Positions 1-10,598 are shown, numbered from the stretch's first letter. The stretch: 64,000 bases of DNA from Candidatus Falkowbacteria bacterium RIFOXYC2_FULL_36_12 (GCA_001778235.1 MFGJ01000001.1:69302-133301); one strand, 5' to 3'. A program made the numbers and translations. The notes: generated from the sequence alone by a model not told the origin.

Positions 1-378
1 TCAAAACCAAAAAATTTCAACAAGTCGTTTTTTTTCCAACTCAAAACTTGAAAAAATGCTTTTGTTTCAACAATAGCTGTAATCTGTTTGCGACCAATCC
101 AATATGAAGAAAAAACAGCCAACATTAACTTAACAAAAAACAACATACCAGCGACCATCAAAGAACCAACTGGATAATAAATCGTGAAATAAAATCCAGA
201 GAAAAACAATAAGTAGGCGATAACATTCAAAGCCAAATCAGTTTTTTCAAAAAAGATATATACTTTCTTATATTTTTCAAAATCCATGGTCCCTCCTGCT
301 TCCTCTTCAGGAACAATTTATTTTTGCATAATTTAAATATCTTGTCAATAAAAAAAGTCAGTAAAATTTTACTGACAA

Positions 379-1995
379 TTATTCATAAAGTTGATGCGCA
401 TCCATCATGTAATCGCAATAATAACAACGATATTGAGTATCTCCATCGCGAACAAATCTAGCTGGGACATGTTCGTGGAATTCTTCACGCGAAATACAGC
501 CTCCAAGTACTTTGCCGTCACGACTGATGATGTTTTTGCACTTTCCTTGACCAGTAATAATGGCTGGGACTCTAACAATATCATGCTTTTCAGTTACAAC
601 GCCCTCAACAATTTTATTGATTGAAGTTGGACGACCATTGGTGAGTCGGCCGGCAACCAAAGAAGCAACTATTTTCTTTTCCTCACCTGTTAAATATCTG
701 TCTTGAACCAAGAGCATGCCTTTGTAGGTGCCAGGATGATTGGTTCGTTCAATTACTCCGCCACGATAAACATCGCCATTTTTTTCTACCTGTAAAAGCC
801 ACATCAGCTTTTGAGGAGTATCAATCGGCAAATGATCAATAACAACACCATTTTTCCGAATTGGTTTGATGTAAAAATCTTTGTCATCTACATCACGGGC
901 GACATATTCTCTTTCCTGCCAATAGACATCTTCTTCAATTACATGACCATTATACAATTCCCCATCAAAATCATCACCAATTAATCCGGACAACATACAT
1001 AAGATAGTAATACGGGTTGGGACCCCAGTACCAGCTTGCTGATAAAACTTGGCTTGTGGTAATCTGGCAACAGCTGGCTCAATCTCTGGATCATGTCTAT
1101 AAATTGGTAGAGGATGTGTTAGAATTGCAGTCGGTTTCATATGTTTGACCAGCTTTTCAGTCACAAAATATAACTTTTTAGTTCGTTCATATTCTGCTAA
1201 TGCCAAATCACCCATTCGTTCGAGTTGAGCCCGTAGAACCATTACCACATCAGCTAGTGACATTAATTCTGGTGTCAAGCCATAATGAACTTCATAAGTA
1301 CTCCCCCTTTCTTCAATTAAACGCAGATAACTCTCGGGCATTTGCATACCTTCAGGAGCAACAAAAACGAAATGTACTCCATCGTGAGAAAAATCTTCAA
1401 CATCTGAATGAGGAACACGACCATAGCGCAAATCATTAACCATCATGATTCTTAACCCTCTTAAACTATATGGATGATCACATTCATCTGTAAGTCTGTT
1501 AAAAAATTTTAGAATAGTGTAACGGTCAACAATGGTTTGAGAGGGATGTTTATGTGTACCATCTCCACCATTAATAATGCCCATAAAATACTGGCCTTGA
1601 TCTTTTAATTTATCCATCTCATCAGCAATAAATCTTGCGGAGCCGTCTAGACGATGCCTGATAACAGCAATGCGAGCTCGATATTCTCTAAACATTCTCA
1701 TTGCATCGTAAAGCGATTCACCTTTAAAAGAATATGAATTGCCTGGAGCAGATGAAACACCGAGTGGCAAAACTCCCATAAGGTGCATGGCAGTAAGGAA
1801 TGATTGTTCAGTACGAGAGCTAGGTTCAAAAAAATTGAGTGACATCATTAGTTTCAAATTTTCAGCCAAAGAATAGGCTCCTTGATCACCGGCTTCAATT
1901 GCTTTATCAAATTCTGCTGATTTTCTCATAATATATTCTACTTCATCTCTTGTCAGCTCATCATTTGAAACAAAATGACGATCCTTGAATTTCAT
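379..1995 (-). CDS. pyrB: Aspartate carbamoyltransferase, fused catalytic (PyrB) and regulatory (PyrI) chains. The likely true start is MKFKDRHF, which follows a GGAGG Shine-Dalgarno; the ORF track begins 12 codons upstream.
   Basis: N-terminal part has the SSRTEQSF carbamoyl-phosphate motif plus HPSQ and HPLP motifs of the ATCase/OTCase fold. C-terminal ~150 aa has GVVIDHLP and Cys pairs (CKN...C, CYYC) like the PyrI zinc domain. Confidence 0.8.
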   Translation of the reverse strand: MKFKDRHFVSNDELTRDEVEYIMRKSAEFDKAIEAGDQGAYSLAENLKLMMSLNFFEPSSRTEQSFLTAMHLMGVLPLGVSSAPGNSYSFKGESLYDAMRMFREYRARIAVIRHRLDGSARFIADEMDKLKDQGQYFMGIINGGDGTHKHPSQTIVDRYTILKFFNRLTDECDHPYSLRGLRIMMVNDLRYGRVPHSDVEDFSHDGVHFVFVAPEGMQMPESYLRLIEERGSTYEVHYGLTPELMSLADVVMVLRAQLERMGDLALAEYERTKKLYFVTEKLVKHMKPTAILTHPLPIYRHDPEIEPAVARLPQAKFYQQAGTGVPTRITILCMLSGLIGDDFDGELYNGHVIEEDVYWQEREYVARDVDDKDFYIKPIRKNGVVIDHLPIDTPQKLMWLLQVEKNGDVYRGGVIERTNHPGTYKGMLLVQDRYLTGEEKKIVASLVAGRLTNGRPTSINKIVEGVVTEKHDIVRVPAIITGQGKCKNIISRDGKVLGGCISREEFHEHVPARFVRDGDTQYRCYYCDYMMDAHQLYE

Positions 1996-2399
1996 TTGTC
2001 CTCCGGCTGGTTGTGGCAATGAAAAGAACAATTAACTGTATAATATCTCAACTGATATTTAAGTCAATGTGGATTTTTTGGAAATTTAGATAAATAAACT
2101 TAGTCTTGCCAAAAGCAATGATATGTGCTAAGATTTAGCTAATCAGACTGGCACTTAATGTCGTGATTTCACGATCTTAAATGCTGGAATAATAAATAAT
2201 TTTTAGATAAGAGAGTTTTAGTTAAATGGTTGATCTGGACAAATTCTAGTTAATTTCTATCTTAGCATTTAAACATCTACCATGAAATTTATTGTAAAAA
2301 TTCAACAAAATTATTCACAAAGACTACAAAAAGTTCTAAAATAATTTTTTATTACAATTTTTTCAACTCTAAAACAACTCTTACTATATAAGTAAGAAT

Positions 2400-3914
2400 A
2401 TGTACTATCTATTAACTGTTATTGGACTGGCTATTGGACTTGCTCTGGGGTATGTAATTAGAAAAACTATTGCCCAAAGTAAAGCAAATTCGATTGAAGC
2501 CAAGACACAGTTGCAACTTGAAGAAGCAAAAAATAAAGAACGAGAAATATTGCTAAAGGCAAAAGATAAATCACTGCAAATTATTGAAGAAGCAAAAAAA
2601 GATGAGGTTTCTAGACGACGAGAACTAAATAATGTGCAGTCAAGGCTCGAAAAACGAGAAGAATTGTTTGACAAAAAATTGCTTGAACTTGAATCAAAAC
2701 AAACAAAAATTCAAGACAGAGCCAAGGAAGTTGAACAAATCAAGGAACAAATTAAAAAAATTAAACAAGACCAACTTAATAAACTGGAAAGAATTGCGGG
2801 GCTTGATAAAGAAAAAGCACTACAGGTATTGCTAGACAATGTTGAAAAAGAAAACGAAGAATCCTTGATGATAAGGATGAAAAAACTCCAGAACGAATCA
2901 GCAACAGAGCTAGAAAGAGAAGCAAAAAAAACTCTGGCAAATGTTATTCAAAGATGCTCTGTAAATCATTCATCTGAAATGACAACCACTACCATTGATC
3001 TACCAAGTGATGAAATGAAAGGTAGAATTATTGGTAGAGAAGGTAGAAATATCAGAGCGATTGAACAATTGACCGGGGTAGAAATCGTTGTAGATGATAC
3101 ACCTAATGTAATTACAATTTCAGGTTTTTCACCGATTCGAAGACATGTAGCAAAAAGAGCCCTGGAAAAATTGATTTTAGACGGCAGAATTCATCCGGCG
3201 AAAATTGAAAGCGCGATTGAAGAAGCGAAAAAAGAATTGGCACTTGAAATCCAAAAAGCTGGAGAAGAAGCTGCCTATGAAGTCGGAATTGCAGGACTTG
3301 ATCCAAAATTAATCCAGATTTTAGGCAGATTAAAATATAGAACCAGTTATGGACAAAATGTACTCCAGCACACGATTGAAGTAACTCACCTAGCAGCATT
3401 GCTGGCTGAACAATTAGGTGCTGATGTAAATGTTTGTCGAAAAGCTGGTCTACTTCACGATATTGGTAAGGCTGTTGATCATGAAATACAGGGAACTCAT
3501 ATTGAAATCGGAGTTGATATTTGTAAAAAATTTGGTATTCCAGAAGATGTTATCAAAGCAGGAATGCAACATCATGATGATAAACCAGAAACTCTAGAAG
3601 GAGTAATCATAAAAACCGCTGATGCAATTTCTGGAGCTCGACCTGGAGCAAGAAAAGATACTTATGAAAGATATTTGCAAAGATTGAACGAATTAGAATC
3701 AATAGCCAAAGGCTTTGAAGGGGTAGAGAAAACTTATGCGATCCAAGCTGGACGAGAAGTAAGAGTATTTGTTAATCCGACTGAAATCTCTGACTTGCAG
3801 GCTGAAAAATTGGCTCAAGCTATTGCTAAGAAAATTGAAGCTGAACTCAAGTACCCAGGTGAAATCAAAGTTGCGGTTATACGAGAAAATAGAATTATAG
3901 AATATGCGAGGTAA
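2400..3914 (+). CDS. rny: Ribonuclease Y (N-terminal TM helix, coiled coil, KH domain, HD domain)
   Basis: KH motif GRIIGREGRNIRAIEQLTGVEIVVDD; HD motif LLHDIGKAVDHE; N-terminal hydrophobic anchor. Confidence 0.9.
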   Translation: MYYLLTVIGLAIGLALGYVIRKTIAQSKANSIEAKTQLQLEEAKNKEREILLKAKDKSLQIIEEAKKDEVSRRRELNNVQSRLEKREELFDKKLLELESKQTKIQDRAKEVEQIKEQIKKIKQDQLNKLERIAGLDKEKALQVLLDNVEKENEESLMIRMKKLQNESATELEREAKKTLANVIQRCSVNHSSEMTTTTIDLPSDEMKGRIIGREGRNIRAIEQLTGVEIVVDDTPNVITISGFSPIRRHVAKRALEKLILDGRIHPAKIESAIEEAKKELALEIQKAGEEAAYEVGIAGLDPKLIQILGRLKYRTSYGQNVLQHTIEVTHLAALLAEQLGADVNVCRKAGLLHDIGKAVDHEIQGTHIEIGVDICKKFGIPEDVIKAGMQHHDDKPETLEGVIIKTADAISGARPGARKDTYERYLQRLNELESIAKGFEGVEKTYAIQAGREVRVFVNPTEISDLQAEKLAQAIAKKIEAELKYPGEIKVAVIRENRIIEYAR

Positions 3915-3994
3915 GTGATAACAGCGAGTACAGCGAGTACAGCAAGTAAAGCGAATACAGTAAGGGAATATAATTGAAAAAGATCAAGATTCAA

Positions 3995-4032
3995 ATAAAC
4001 AAATTAAGCTGGGGTTTTCCAGCTTTTTTTGT
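3995..4032 (+). terminator. Intrinsic terminator after rny
   Basis: Hairpin aagctggggttttccagctt followed by a T-run. Confidence 0.6.
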
Positions 4033-4091
4033 TTTGATAAATTAATACTAAACAAAAAAATAGAATACGATGATTCTATTTGTTTTTTTGA

Positions 4092-4493
4092 TTACCGGCT
4101 AAGCAGAAAGCACGCTGGAAAAGTTCGAGTTGTCTTTTGGCGAAGTTGAATATCTTGCCATTCTTTTACTGGCACAAGAACGAATACCACTTCCGTGACA
4201 TTGGCGCGACCTGGACTGGCTCCAAGACAGCATCGCTGAATAAATTTTACTGTTTCCAGATCATCACAATACAACATGAATTGTTGTTTACCCACGATTA
4301 ATGTAAACAGGGCGACAATACAATAGCCTTTGATAGCATCGGCATCAGGTAGCGCTCTTGTAATTTGTCCGTAATAATCTGTTTCTGACTTATTCACACA
4401 ATACATATGATTTAAAAGCGAATACAAAGCTCCGGGAAAAACGACAGGGACATCTTTATGGAGACGAGGATAAGTTTCGACAAAATCAATCAT
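4092..4493 (-). CDS. Hypothetical protein (Cys-containing, 133 aa)
   Basis: Clean ORF on the minus strand with a bidirectional hairpin terminator at 4057-4091. No recognisable motif. Confidence 0.45.
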   Translation of the reverse strand: MIDFVETYPRLHKDVPVVFPGALYSLLNHMYCVNKSETDYYGQITRALPDADAIKGYCIVALFTLIVGKQQFMLYCDDLETVKFIQRCCLGASPGRANVTEVVFVLVPVKEWQDIQLRQKTTRTFPACFLLSR

Positions 4494-4498
4494 GACAG

Positions 4499-4966
4499 CT
4501 AGCCTCTTTGCAAGTGCTTGGCTGCTTGACGATCAAGTTCGTGCTCATCAATCTTGAAATACATGGTGACAAAAAAGACTTTTTTATTCGGACTTTCAAG
4601 TTTAACATCAAGCCAAGGAGCAACAATGACTTGGACAGCCCAGTTCCAAGTATTTTCTAGTTTGCGAAATGCATTAATGGCAGTGTCAAAACTGGTGAAA
4701 ATACCTCTTGGATCAATATTATCAATAAATTCGAATGCAAACGAAGCGTCTGGTGAATTAGGCGAACAGGTCTTAGCATATTTCACAAAAAGAGTGCCAG
4801 CAAGAAACTGAATAAAAGTTTCTAGATTGTGGAATAAATGATTTTTTTCACGAAAACCATGTAATTCAATTGGCATTTGTGTCCAAAGCATTTGAGCGAA
4901 TTGATTTAATTCTCGTTCAGCTTGACGACGATAGCCAACAACACTGGTAGCGGTCGGCTGATCCAT
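4499..4966 (-). CDS. Hypothetical protein, paralog of 5151..5582
   Basis: Shares blocks with the 143-aa neighbour (NQFAQMLW.Q.P..L and G.FTSF...I..F..L...W...IQV.I). Confidence 0.5.
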   Translation of the reverse strand: MDQPTATSVVGYRRQAERELNQFAQMLWTQMPIELHGFREKNHLFHNLETFIQFLAGTLFVKYAKTCSPNSPDASFAFEFIDNIDPRGIFTSFDTAINAFRKLENTWNWAVQVIVAPWLDVKLESPNKKVFFVTMYFKIDEHELDRQAAKHLQRG

Positions 4967-5150
4967 GTTTTTTCCCTTTCCGCTTGGTCAAAGGTCAAGA
5001 AACAAGGATATCATTAATTGTCTTTTTTGTCAACAGTAAAGAAAAAACTGCTTTTTTTCTTGGGATGATTAAAAAAATTATGGCAAATATTTGAATTTAT
5101 CACTTTTGAAGTAAAAATTCATAAATAAAAAAGACTTAGAGGTTTCTAAG

Positions 5151-5582
5151 TCAAACTATAAGTCTAAACCTGATTCTCACACATGGTAGAGAATATCTAT
5201 CATGTTGTGATTGATGATGTGATTCAATCGTTACTTGAATACTACAGGCCCAAGCCTGTTTCAAGGCGTCAAATTTTACGATAACATCATTGAAACTGGT
5301 AAACCCTGTTTCTGGGCCAATGTTTTCCGCTTGGATAGAAAGACAAGTTTCACTACTAACCACATCGGATCCTCGGGCAATGTCTCGAAACATTGACTCA
5401 ATCCAGGCTGAAAATTTTTGTTTTGATTGCCAGTAATCACAAGCAAACTGCTGAAGTGATCTAGGAATTTGACCCCATAAGTTGTCAACCAATTGGCTAA
5501 ATTCTTGATTGAACTGTTTTTTTAGACCTTCAACAAAAATAATAAAGGCTCGAGGTGTAATCATTTCTCGGTTGTCTGACAT
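5151..5582 (-). CDS. Hypothetical protein, paralog of 4499..4966
   Basis: Same conserved blocks as the 155-aa neighbour. Confidence 0.5.
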   Translation of the reverse strand: MSDNREMITPRAFIIFVEGLKKQFNQEFSQLVDNLWGQIPRSLQQFACDYWQSKQKFSAWIESMFRDIARGSDVVSSETCLSIQAENIGPETGFTSFNDVIVKFDALKQAWACSIQVTIESHHQSQHDRYSLPCVRIRFRLIV

Positions 5583-5733
5583 CGTGCTCCTCCCCTTCTA
5601 ATTGATGACTTCAGAGCATATCACAGAATTAAAATTTGTCAATTGGAACACTGATTTGTTATTAAACTATTTGTCCTATTTTACAAAATTTGTTATGATA
5701 ATAATATGATAAATAAATCTAGAATTTTTTCAT

Positions 5734-6540
5734 ATGGCCAGTTTCAATGTGCTAGTAATCGGCGATGTTGTTGGACGACCTGGACGAAAAGCCTTAAAAG
5801 AACTTTTACCAGAACTGAAAGTAAAATATAAACCTGATTTAACAGTTATCAATGGTGAAAATCTGGCTCACGGCTATGGTGTGACTGATGCAATTTTGAA
5901 AGACCTGCAAGAAAGTGGTGTTGATTTCTTTACATCGGGTAATCATATTTTCCAGAACCAGAGAGATCTTAACCAAATATTCAAAAATAACCCAGTTATT
6001 AGACCAGCAAATTATCCGGATGATAAACCGGGTAAAGGCTATAAAATTTTTGATGTTGGTATGGTCAAAGTAATGATTGTTAATTTGCAGGGACAAGTTT
6101 TTTTTCCGCTTGACGAACAAGTCGATAACCCATTTCTGACTTTGGATAAAATATTAAAAGAAGAAAAAGCAGAAAAACCAAAAATTATAATTGTTGACTT
6201 CCACGCTGAAGCAACAAGTGAAAAAAAAGGCTTCGGAGCCTATGCTGATGGAAGAGTAAGTCTGGTTTTTGGGACACATACTCATGTGCAGACTTCGGAT
6301 AATTATATTATGCCAAAAGGCACTGGTTATATTAGTGATATTGGGATGACCGGCATAAAACATTCAAGCCTTGGGATGGATTTTGAAAATGTAATAAGTA
6401 ATTTTGTACATGAAACAACCCTACCAAAACAGATTTCCACAAATGGAAATTGCATTGTTAATGGAATTTTTGCTAAAATAGATGTAGAAAGCGGACAAGC
6501 ATTAGATATTCAGAGAATTGCAGAAGAAGTGGAGGTTTGA
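5734..6540 (+). CDS. ymdB: YmdB-like metallophosphoesterase (2',3'-cyclic-nucleotide phosphodiesterase family)
   Basis: N-terminal VLVIGDVVGRPGR...INGEN metallophosphoesterase signature. Conserved neighbourhood with rny, as in Firmicutes. Confidence 0.75.
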   Translation: MASFNVLVIGDVVGRPGRKALKELLPELKVKYKPDLTVINGENLAHGYGVTDAILKDLQESGVDFFTSGNHIFQNQRDLNQIFKNNPVIRPANYPDDKPGKGYKIFDVGMVKVMIVNLQGQVFFPLDEQVDNPFLTLDKILKEEKAEKPKIIIVDFHAEATSEKKGFGAYADGRVSLVFGTHTHVQTSDNYIMPKGTGYISDIGMTGIKHSSLGMDFENVISNFVHETTLPKQISTNGNCIVNGIFAKIDVESGQALDIQRIAEEVEV

Positions 6541-6685
6541 GTCTGGTACAAAAATAGAGAATATTGGATAAAAGATATTAAAGTATAATTTAATAAAGAT
6601 AAACATATTTGAAATAAAATTACGACTGCGATTTTTGGCAAAATATATTTTGTAAAAATTTGTGACTCGTAAAATTAATAAACCT

Positions 6686-7027
6686 ATGAATAAAGCATCT
6701 CTTGCAGCAGCGATTGCTGACCAAGTAGGGGTAACAAAAAAACAAGCGGAAGAAATGATTGACGCAATGGTCGAGATTGTAATCAAACAATTAAAAAATG
6801 GTAATGAAGTAACTATCACAGGATTTGGAAGCTTTTCAGCTTTTGTTCGAAAAGGACGAGAAGGTGTCAACCCACAAAATCCATCAGAAAAAATTACAAT
6901 CAATCCGACAAAAGTTGCAAGATTCAAGCCAGGTAGCAATTTGAAATCGGCAATGAAAGATTCAAAAGTCGAAACTGTATCAGCAATCGGAGGACAAGCA
7001 GATAGTGGTGAAGGTGCACAAGTTTAA
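6686..7027 (+). CDS. hup: HU-family DNA-binding protein with a C-terminal extension. The ORF could start earlier, at GTG 6662.
   Basis: MNKASLAAAIA...TITGFGSF...RKGRNPQT-like beta-arm (GREGVNPQNPSEKITI). Confidence 0.8.
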   Translation: MNKASLAAAIADQVGVTKKQAEEMIDAMVEIVIKQLKNGNEVTITGFGSFSAFVRKGREGVNPQNPSEKITINPTKVARFKPGSNLKSAMKDSKVETVSAIGGQADSGEGAQV

Positions 7028-7115
7028 AACATTGTTCAATAAAAAAATCTCCAGCGATGGAGATTTTTTGACAAATCAAGCAAATATTCGTATAATTTTA
7101 ATATAATTTTCACTA

Positions 7116-7640
7116 ATGAAAAAAAGAAAAATACAAATTGAGCCAGAACTGTGGCAACAACATTTAAGTGAATTAAATGCAGAAGATTCTGCTGATAATT
7201 TTTTTATCAAACAAATAAAATATCCGAGTAAAAGCAAATTTCTTGAGCCAGAGCACGACTATTTTGTTTCGCCTTTTTTATCAGATGAGATTGAAGCAGA
7301 GAATGAAGGACAACTGGCACTTGATGTTTATGAAAAAGATGAACAAATAGTGATTGTTGCGACAATGGCTGGAGCAAATTTGGATGATTTGGAGGTATTG
7401 CTTGAAGGAGATGTATTGACAATAAAAGGTGAACGAAAGAATGAAGAAACCAAGTCTGAATGCGACTATTTTTATAAAGAATGTTATTGGGGAAAATTTT
7501 CCAGATCAATTATATTACCGACAGAAGTCAATGCTGATGATATTGATGCAAAATACAAGAACGGAATTTTGATTATCAAATTAAAAAAAATAATAAAAAA
7601 TATTAGCGTTAAAATAAAAGTTGATGAAATTGAAGAATAA
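7116..7640 (+). CDS. Small heat-shock protein, Hsp20/alpha-crystallin family
   Basis: Alpha-crystallin domain pattern (LALDVYEKDEQIVIVATMAG...DVLTIKGERK...GKFSRSIILP...YKNGILIIKL). Confidence 0.75.
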   Translation: MKKRKIQIEPELWQQHLSELNAEDSADNFFIKQIKYPSKSKFLEPEHDYFVSPFLSDEIEAENEGQLALDVYEKDEQIVIVATMAGANLDDLEVLLEGDVLTIKGERKNEETKSECDYFYKECYWGKFSRSIILPTEVNADDIDAKYKNGILIIKLKKIIKNISVKIKVDEIEE

Positions 7641-7644
7641 TTAT

Positions 7645-9498
7645 ATGAAAAAAATAAGTATAAATACTTTACCAAAAAATTTAAAGTACTCTCTGATAAT
7701 ATTAGGGGTATTTTTGGTAATACTGTTTATTGTCAATCTGGGTCTGATTGGGTTGGCCCATCTATACAGTGGGAAAATTATGTCAGGAGTAAAAGTAGAT
7801 GACTTAAATCTATCAGGGATGACACCAGAACAAGCTGAACAAATCATCGGAAATAAAATAAGCAAGATCTATGATAGTGGTTTAAAATTCAAATACAATG
7901 AGGTTGAAAAGGACATACCAATAATTGGTGAGAATAATTTAGTTATAATAAATGTCCAAAAAATTATAGCTGAAGCCTATAATACAGGGCGGAATGGGAA
8001 TATTTTCATAAAAAATTTAGACAGACTTCAATTAGTTTTATTTGGTAAAACTGTGCAGGTAAACTATGAGCTAAGTAAAAATAAACTCCAAGAAAATTTA
8101 ATTTATGAATTTGCCGGCTTTGCATCTCCAGCAAAAAATTCCGAACCAATTATTCAAATCACTAATGAAAAAAATAAAAAATATACACTTGATTTTTCAG
8201 AGGAAAGCGCTGGGACAACTTTTAATTTCAATAAATCTTTCCAAGAGGTTGAACAACAGATTTCACAGCTTGAAAATAACCCAATACAATTAGTTCTGAT
8301 TTCCGAGGAACCAACTGTAACAAAAGCAATGGCAGAAAAACAAGAAGATGAAATTAGAGGATTAATTGATAAATTTGAATCATTGACTTTTGACTTCGAA
8401 GATAATAAATATGAAGTCTTGTGGAAAAATTTTATTTATTGGATCATTCTAACAAAACAGGACGATGAGGCTCTAACAACACTAAATCCCGAGATTATAT
8501 CTGGTCAACTTGAGGCTTTTGGTCAGCAGATAGAAAAAGAACCAAGGAATGCTAAATTCCAAATGAAAGATGGCCGAGTAACTGAATTTGAAGCTAGTGA
8601 AACTGGAGTGAAAATATTGAAGGATGAAAGTATTGAAAAAATAAAGGCAGAAATTTTTAAAAATGGAAATTTTGAGATAGAAATAGTGACTGAAAAAACT
8701 GAACCAGCCATTTCAATGGACACAATTAATGATTACGGGATAAAAGAATTAGTTGGTGTTGGGAAATCAAACTTCAGCGGGAGTCCTGCGAACAGAAGAC
8801 ATAATATTGGAGTCGGAGCGGCAGCTTTGAATGGAGTATTAATTGCTCCAGGTGAAGAGTTTTCTCTGGTCAAAGCTCTAGGAAATATTGATGGCTCAAA
8901 TGGCTACTTGCCGGAATTGGTAATTAAGGGCAACAAAACTATTCCTGAATATGGTGGTGGACTATGCCAGGTTGGGACAACAATTTTTAGAGCAGCACTT
9001 GATACAGGGGTAAACATTACTGAAAGAAAAAATCATTCTTACCGAGTATCCTATTATGAACCTGCGGGGACAGATGCAACTATTTACTCACCAAAACCTG
9101 ATTTCCGATTCGTGAATGACACAGCAAAACATATATTAATTCAGACTAAAATTGAAGGCAATGAATTGATTTTTGAAATTTATGGGACTGATGATGGCAG
9201 AACTGTGGAGCAAACATATCCTCAAATTTTCAATATTACCTCACCTGGGCCAACAAAATATATTGACTCTGAAGATTTGGCACCAGGACAAACTAAGTGT
9301 ATTGAAAGTGCTCATGCTGGAGCTGATGCTGTTTTTTATAGAACCATAACTTATGCTACTGGTGAAGAAAAAACCGAGACATACAGAAGTCATTATGTAC
9401 CGTGGCAACAGGTGTGTTTAAGGGGTGTTGATCCAGTGGCAAAAGAAGCTGAAGCTAAAGAAAAAATTGCTGAACAAACACCACCTACAATTGAATAA
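7645..9498 (+). CDS. VanW-like (YoaR-like) protein with N-terminal TM anchor
   Basis: C-terminal GGGLCQVGTTIFRAALDTGVNITERKNHSYRVSYYEPAGTDATI matches the VanW domain. N-terminal hydrophobic helix. Confidence 0.7.
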   Translation: MKKISINTLPKNLKYSLIILGVFLVILFIVNLGLIGLAHLYSGKIMSGVKVDDLNLSGMTPEQAEQIIGNKISKIYDSGLKFKYNEVEKDIPIIGENNLVIINVQKIIAEAYNTGRNGNIFIKNLDRLQLVLFGKTVQVNYELSKNKLQENLIYEFAGFASPAKNSEPIIQITNEKNKKYTLDFSEESAGTTFNFNKSFQEVEQQISQLENNPIQLVLISEEPTVTKAMAEKQEDEIRGLIDKFESLTFDFEDNKYEVLWKNFIYWIILTKQDDEALTTLNPEIISGQLEAFGQQIEKEPRNAKFQMKDGRVTEFEASETGVKILKDESIEKIKAEIFKNGNFEIEIVTEKTEPAISMDTINDYGIKELVGVGKSNFSGSPANRRHNIGVGAAALNGVLIAPGEEFSLVKALGNIDGSNGYLPELVIKGNKTIPEYGGGLCQVGTTIFRAALDTGVNITERKNHSYRVSYYEPAGTDATIYSPKPDFRFVNDTAKHILIQTKIEGNELIFEIYGTDDGRTVEQTYPQIFNITSPGPTKYIDSEDLAPGQTKCIESAHAGADAVFYRTITYATGEEKTETYRSHYVPWQQVCLRGVDPVAKEAEAKEKIAEQTPPTIE

Positions 9499-9510
9499 TA
9501 AAATAAAAGA

Positions 9511-9538
9511 AAAAAGTGTGAAAACACTTTTTTTTAAA
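9511..9538 (+). terminator. Intrinsic terminator after the vanW-like gene
   Basis: aaaagtgtgaaaacactttttttt. Confidence 0.6.
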
Positions 9539-10016
9539 CACAAAACCTGCTATAAAAGGCAGACAAGAAATTTTCATTTAGGATATACCGAGCCGGAGCC
9601 TGGCATTACCTAAAACAAAAATCCCATGCTTGTCGTGTCTGCCTATCAAAACAGGTTTTATAACTAATTCTTGCGAATTAACAGTTAATAATATCATTAA
9701 ATTTTGACATTGTCAATAGAGTTTTTTTCTCTAAAACTAGACAATTTATTTTAGCTTGATTGTCTACTTGTATTATATCATTTAAATCATAACCAGCCAA
9801 ATAACAATATTTAATTTTCTATTCACACTTTATACACAACAAGACATTACTTATATGATTTTATAAGTATTTTTTATAAAGATAGTATTTTTTCTGAATT
9901 TTTAGCCTTTAGAGAAATATTTGAATTTAGACGGAAATAATACTTGATTAAATAAATGTTTATTTTTCTAATATAAAAACCAGCGAAAAGCTGGTTTTTG
10001 AAATTCTTTGAGTAGA

Positions 10017-10598
10017 TTATTTATTTTCAATAATTTTATCAATCAAGCCGTATTTCTTGGCATCGTCGGCAGTCATAAAATTGTCTCTATCAGAATCTTT
10101 TTCAATTTTTGCTAAAGTTTGTCCCGTATGCTTGGATAAAATTTTATTTAATCTAACTTTGGTATCTAAAATATGCTCGGCGGCAATCTTTATATCTGAT
10201 GCTTGCCCCTGCGCACCACCCATGACTTGATGAATCATTACTTCTGAATTCGGCAAAGAAAATCGTTTACCCTTTGTACCAGCTGCAAGCAATACCGAGC
10301 CCATACTAGCGGCAAGACCAATACAAATGGTTGAAACATCAGGTTTGATATACTGCATTGTATCATAGATTGCTAATCCAGCTGAAACTGAACCACCTGG
10401 GGTATTTAGATATAATTTAATATCTTTTTTTGGATCTTCGCTTTCTAAAAATAAAAGCTGGGCAATAATAGTATTGGCGACTGCATCAGTAATCTGGGTA
10501 CCAAGAAAAACAATTCTATCTTTTAATAAACGAGAATAAATATCATAGGCGCGCTCGCCATTGTGGGTTTTTTCTATAACTGTTGGTATTAAATTCAT
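10017..10598 (-). CDS. clpP: ATP-dependent Clp protease proteolytic subunit
   Basis: Ser-His-Asp catalytic triad context ([11 protein letters not shown]...MIHQ) and overall ClpP pattern. Confidence 0.9.
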   Translation of the reverse strand: MNLIPTVIEKTHNGERAYDIYSRLLKDRIVFLGTQITDAVANTIIAQLLFLESEDPKKDIKLYLNTPGGSVSAGLAIYDTMQYIKPDVSTICIGLAASMGSVLLAAGTKGKRFSLPNSEVMIHQVMGGAQGQASDIKIAAEHILDTKVRLNKILSKHTGQTLAKIEKDSDRDNFMTADDAKKYGLIDKIIENK

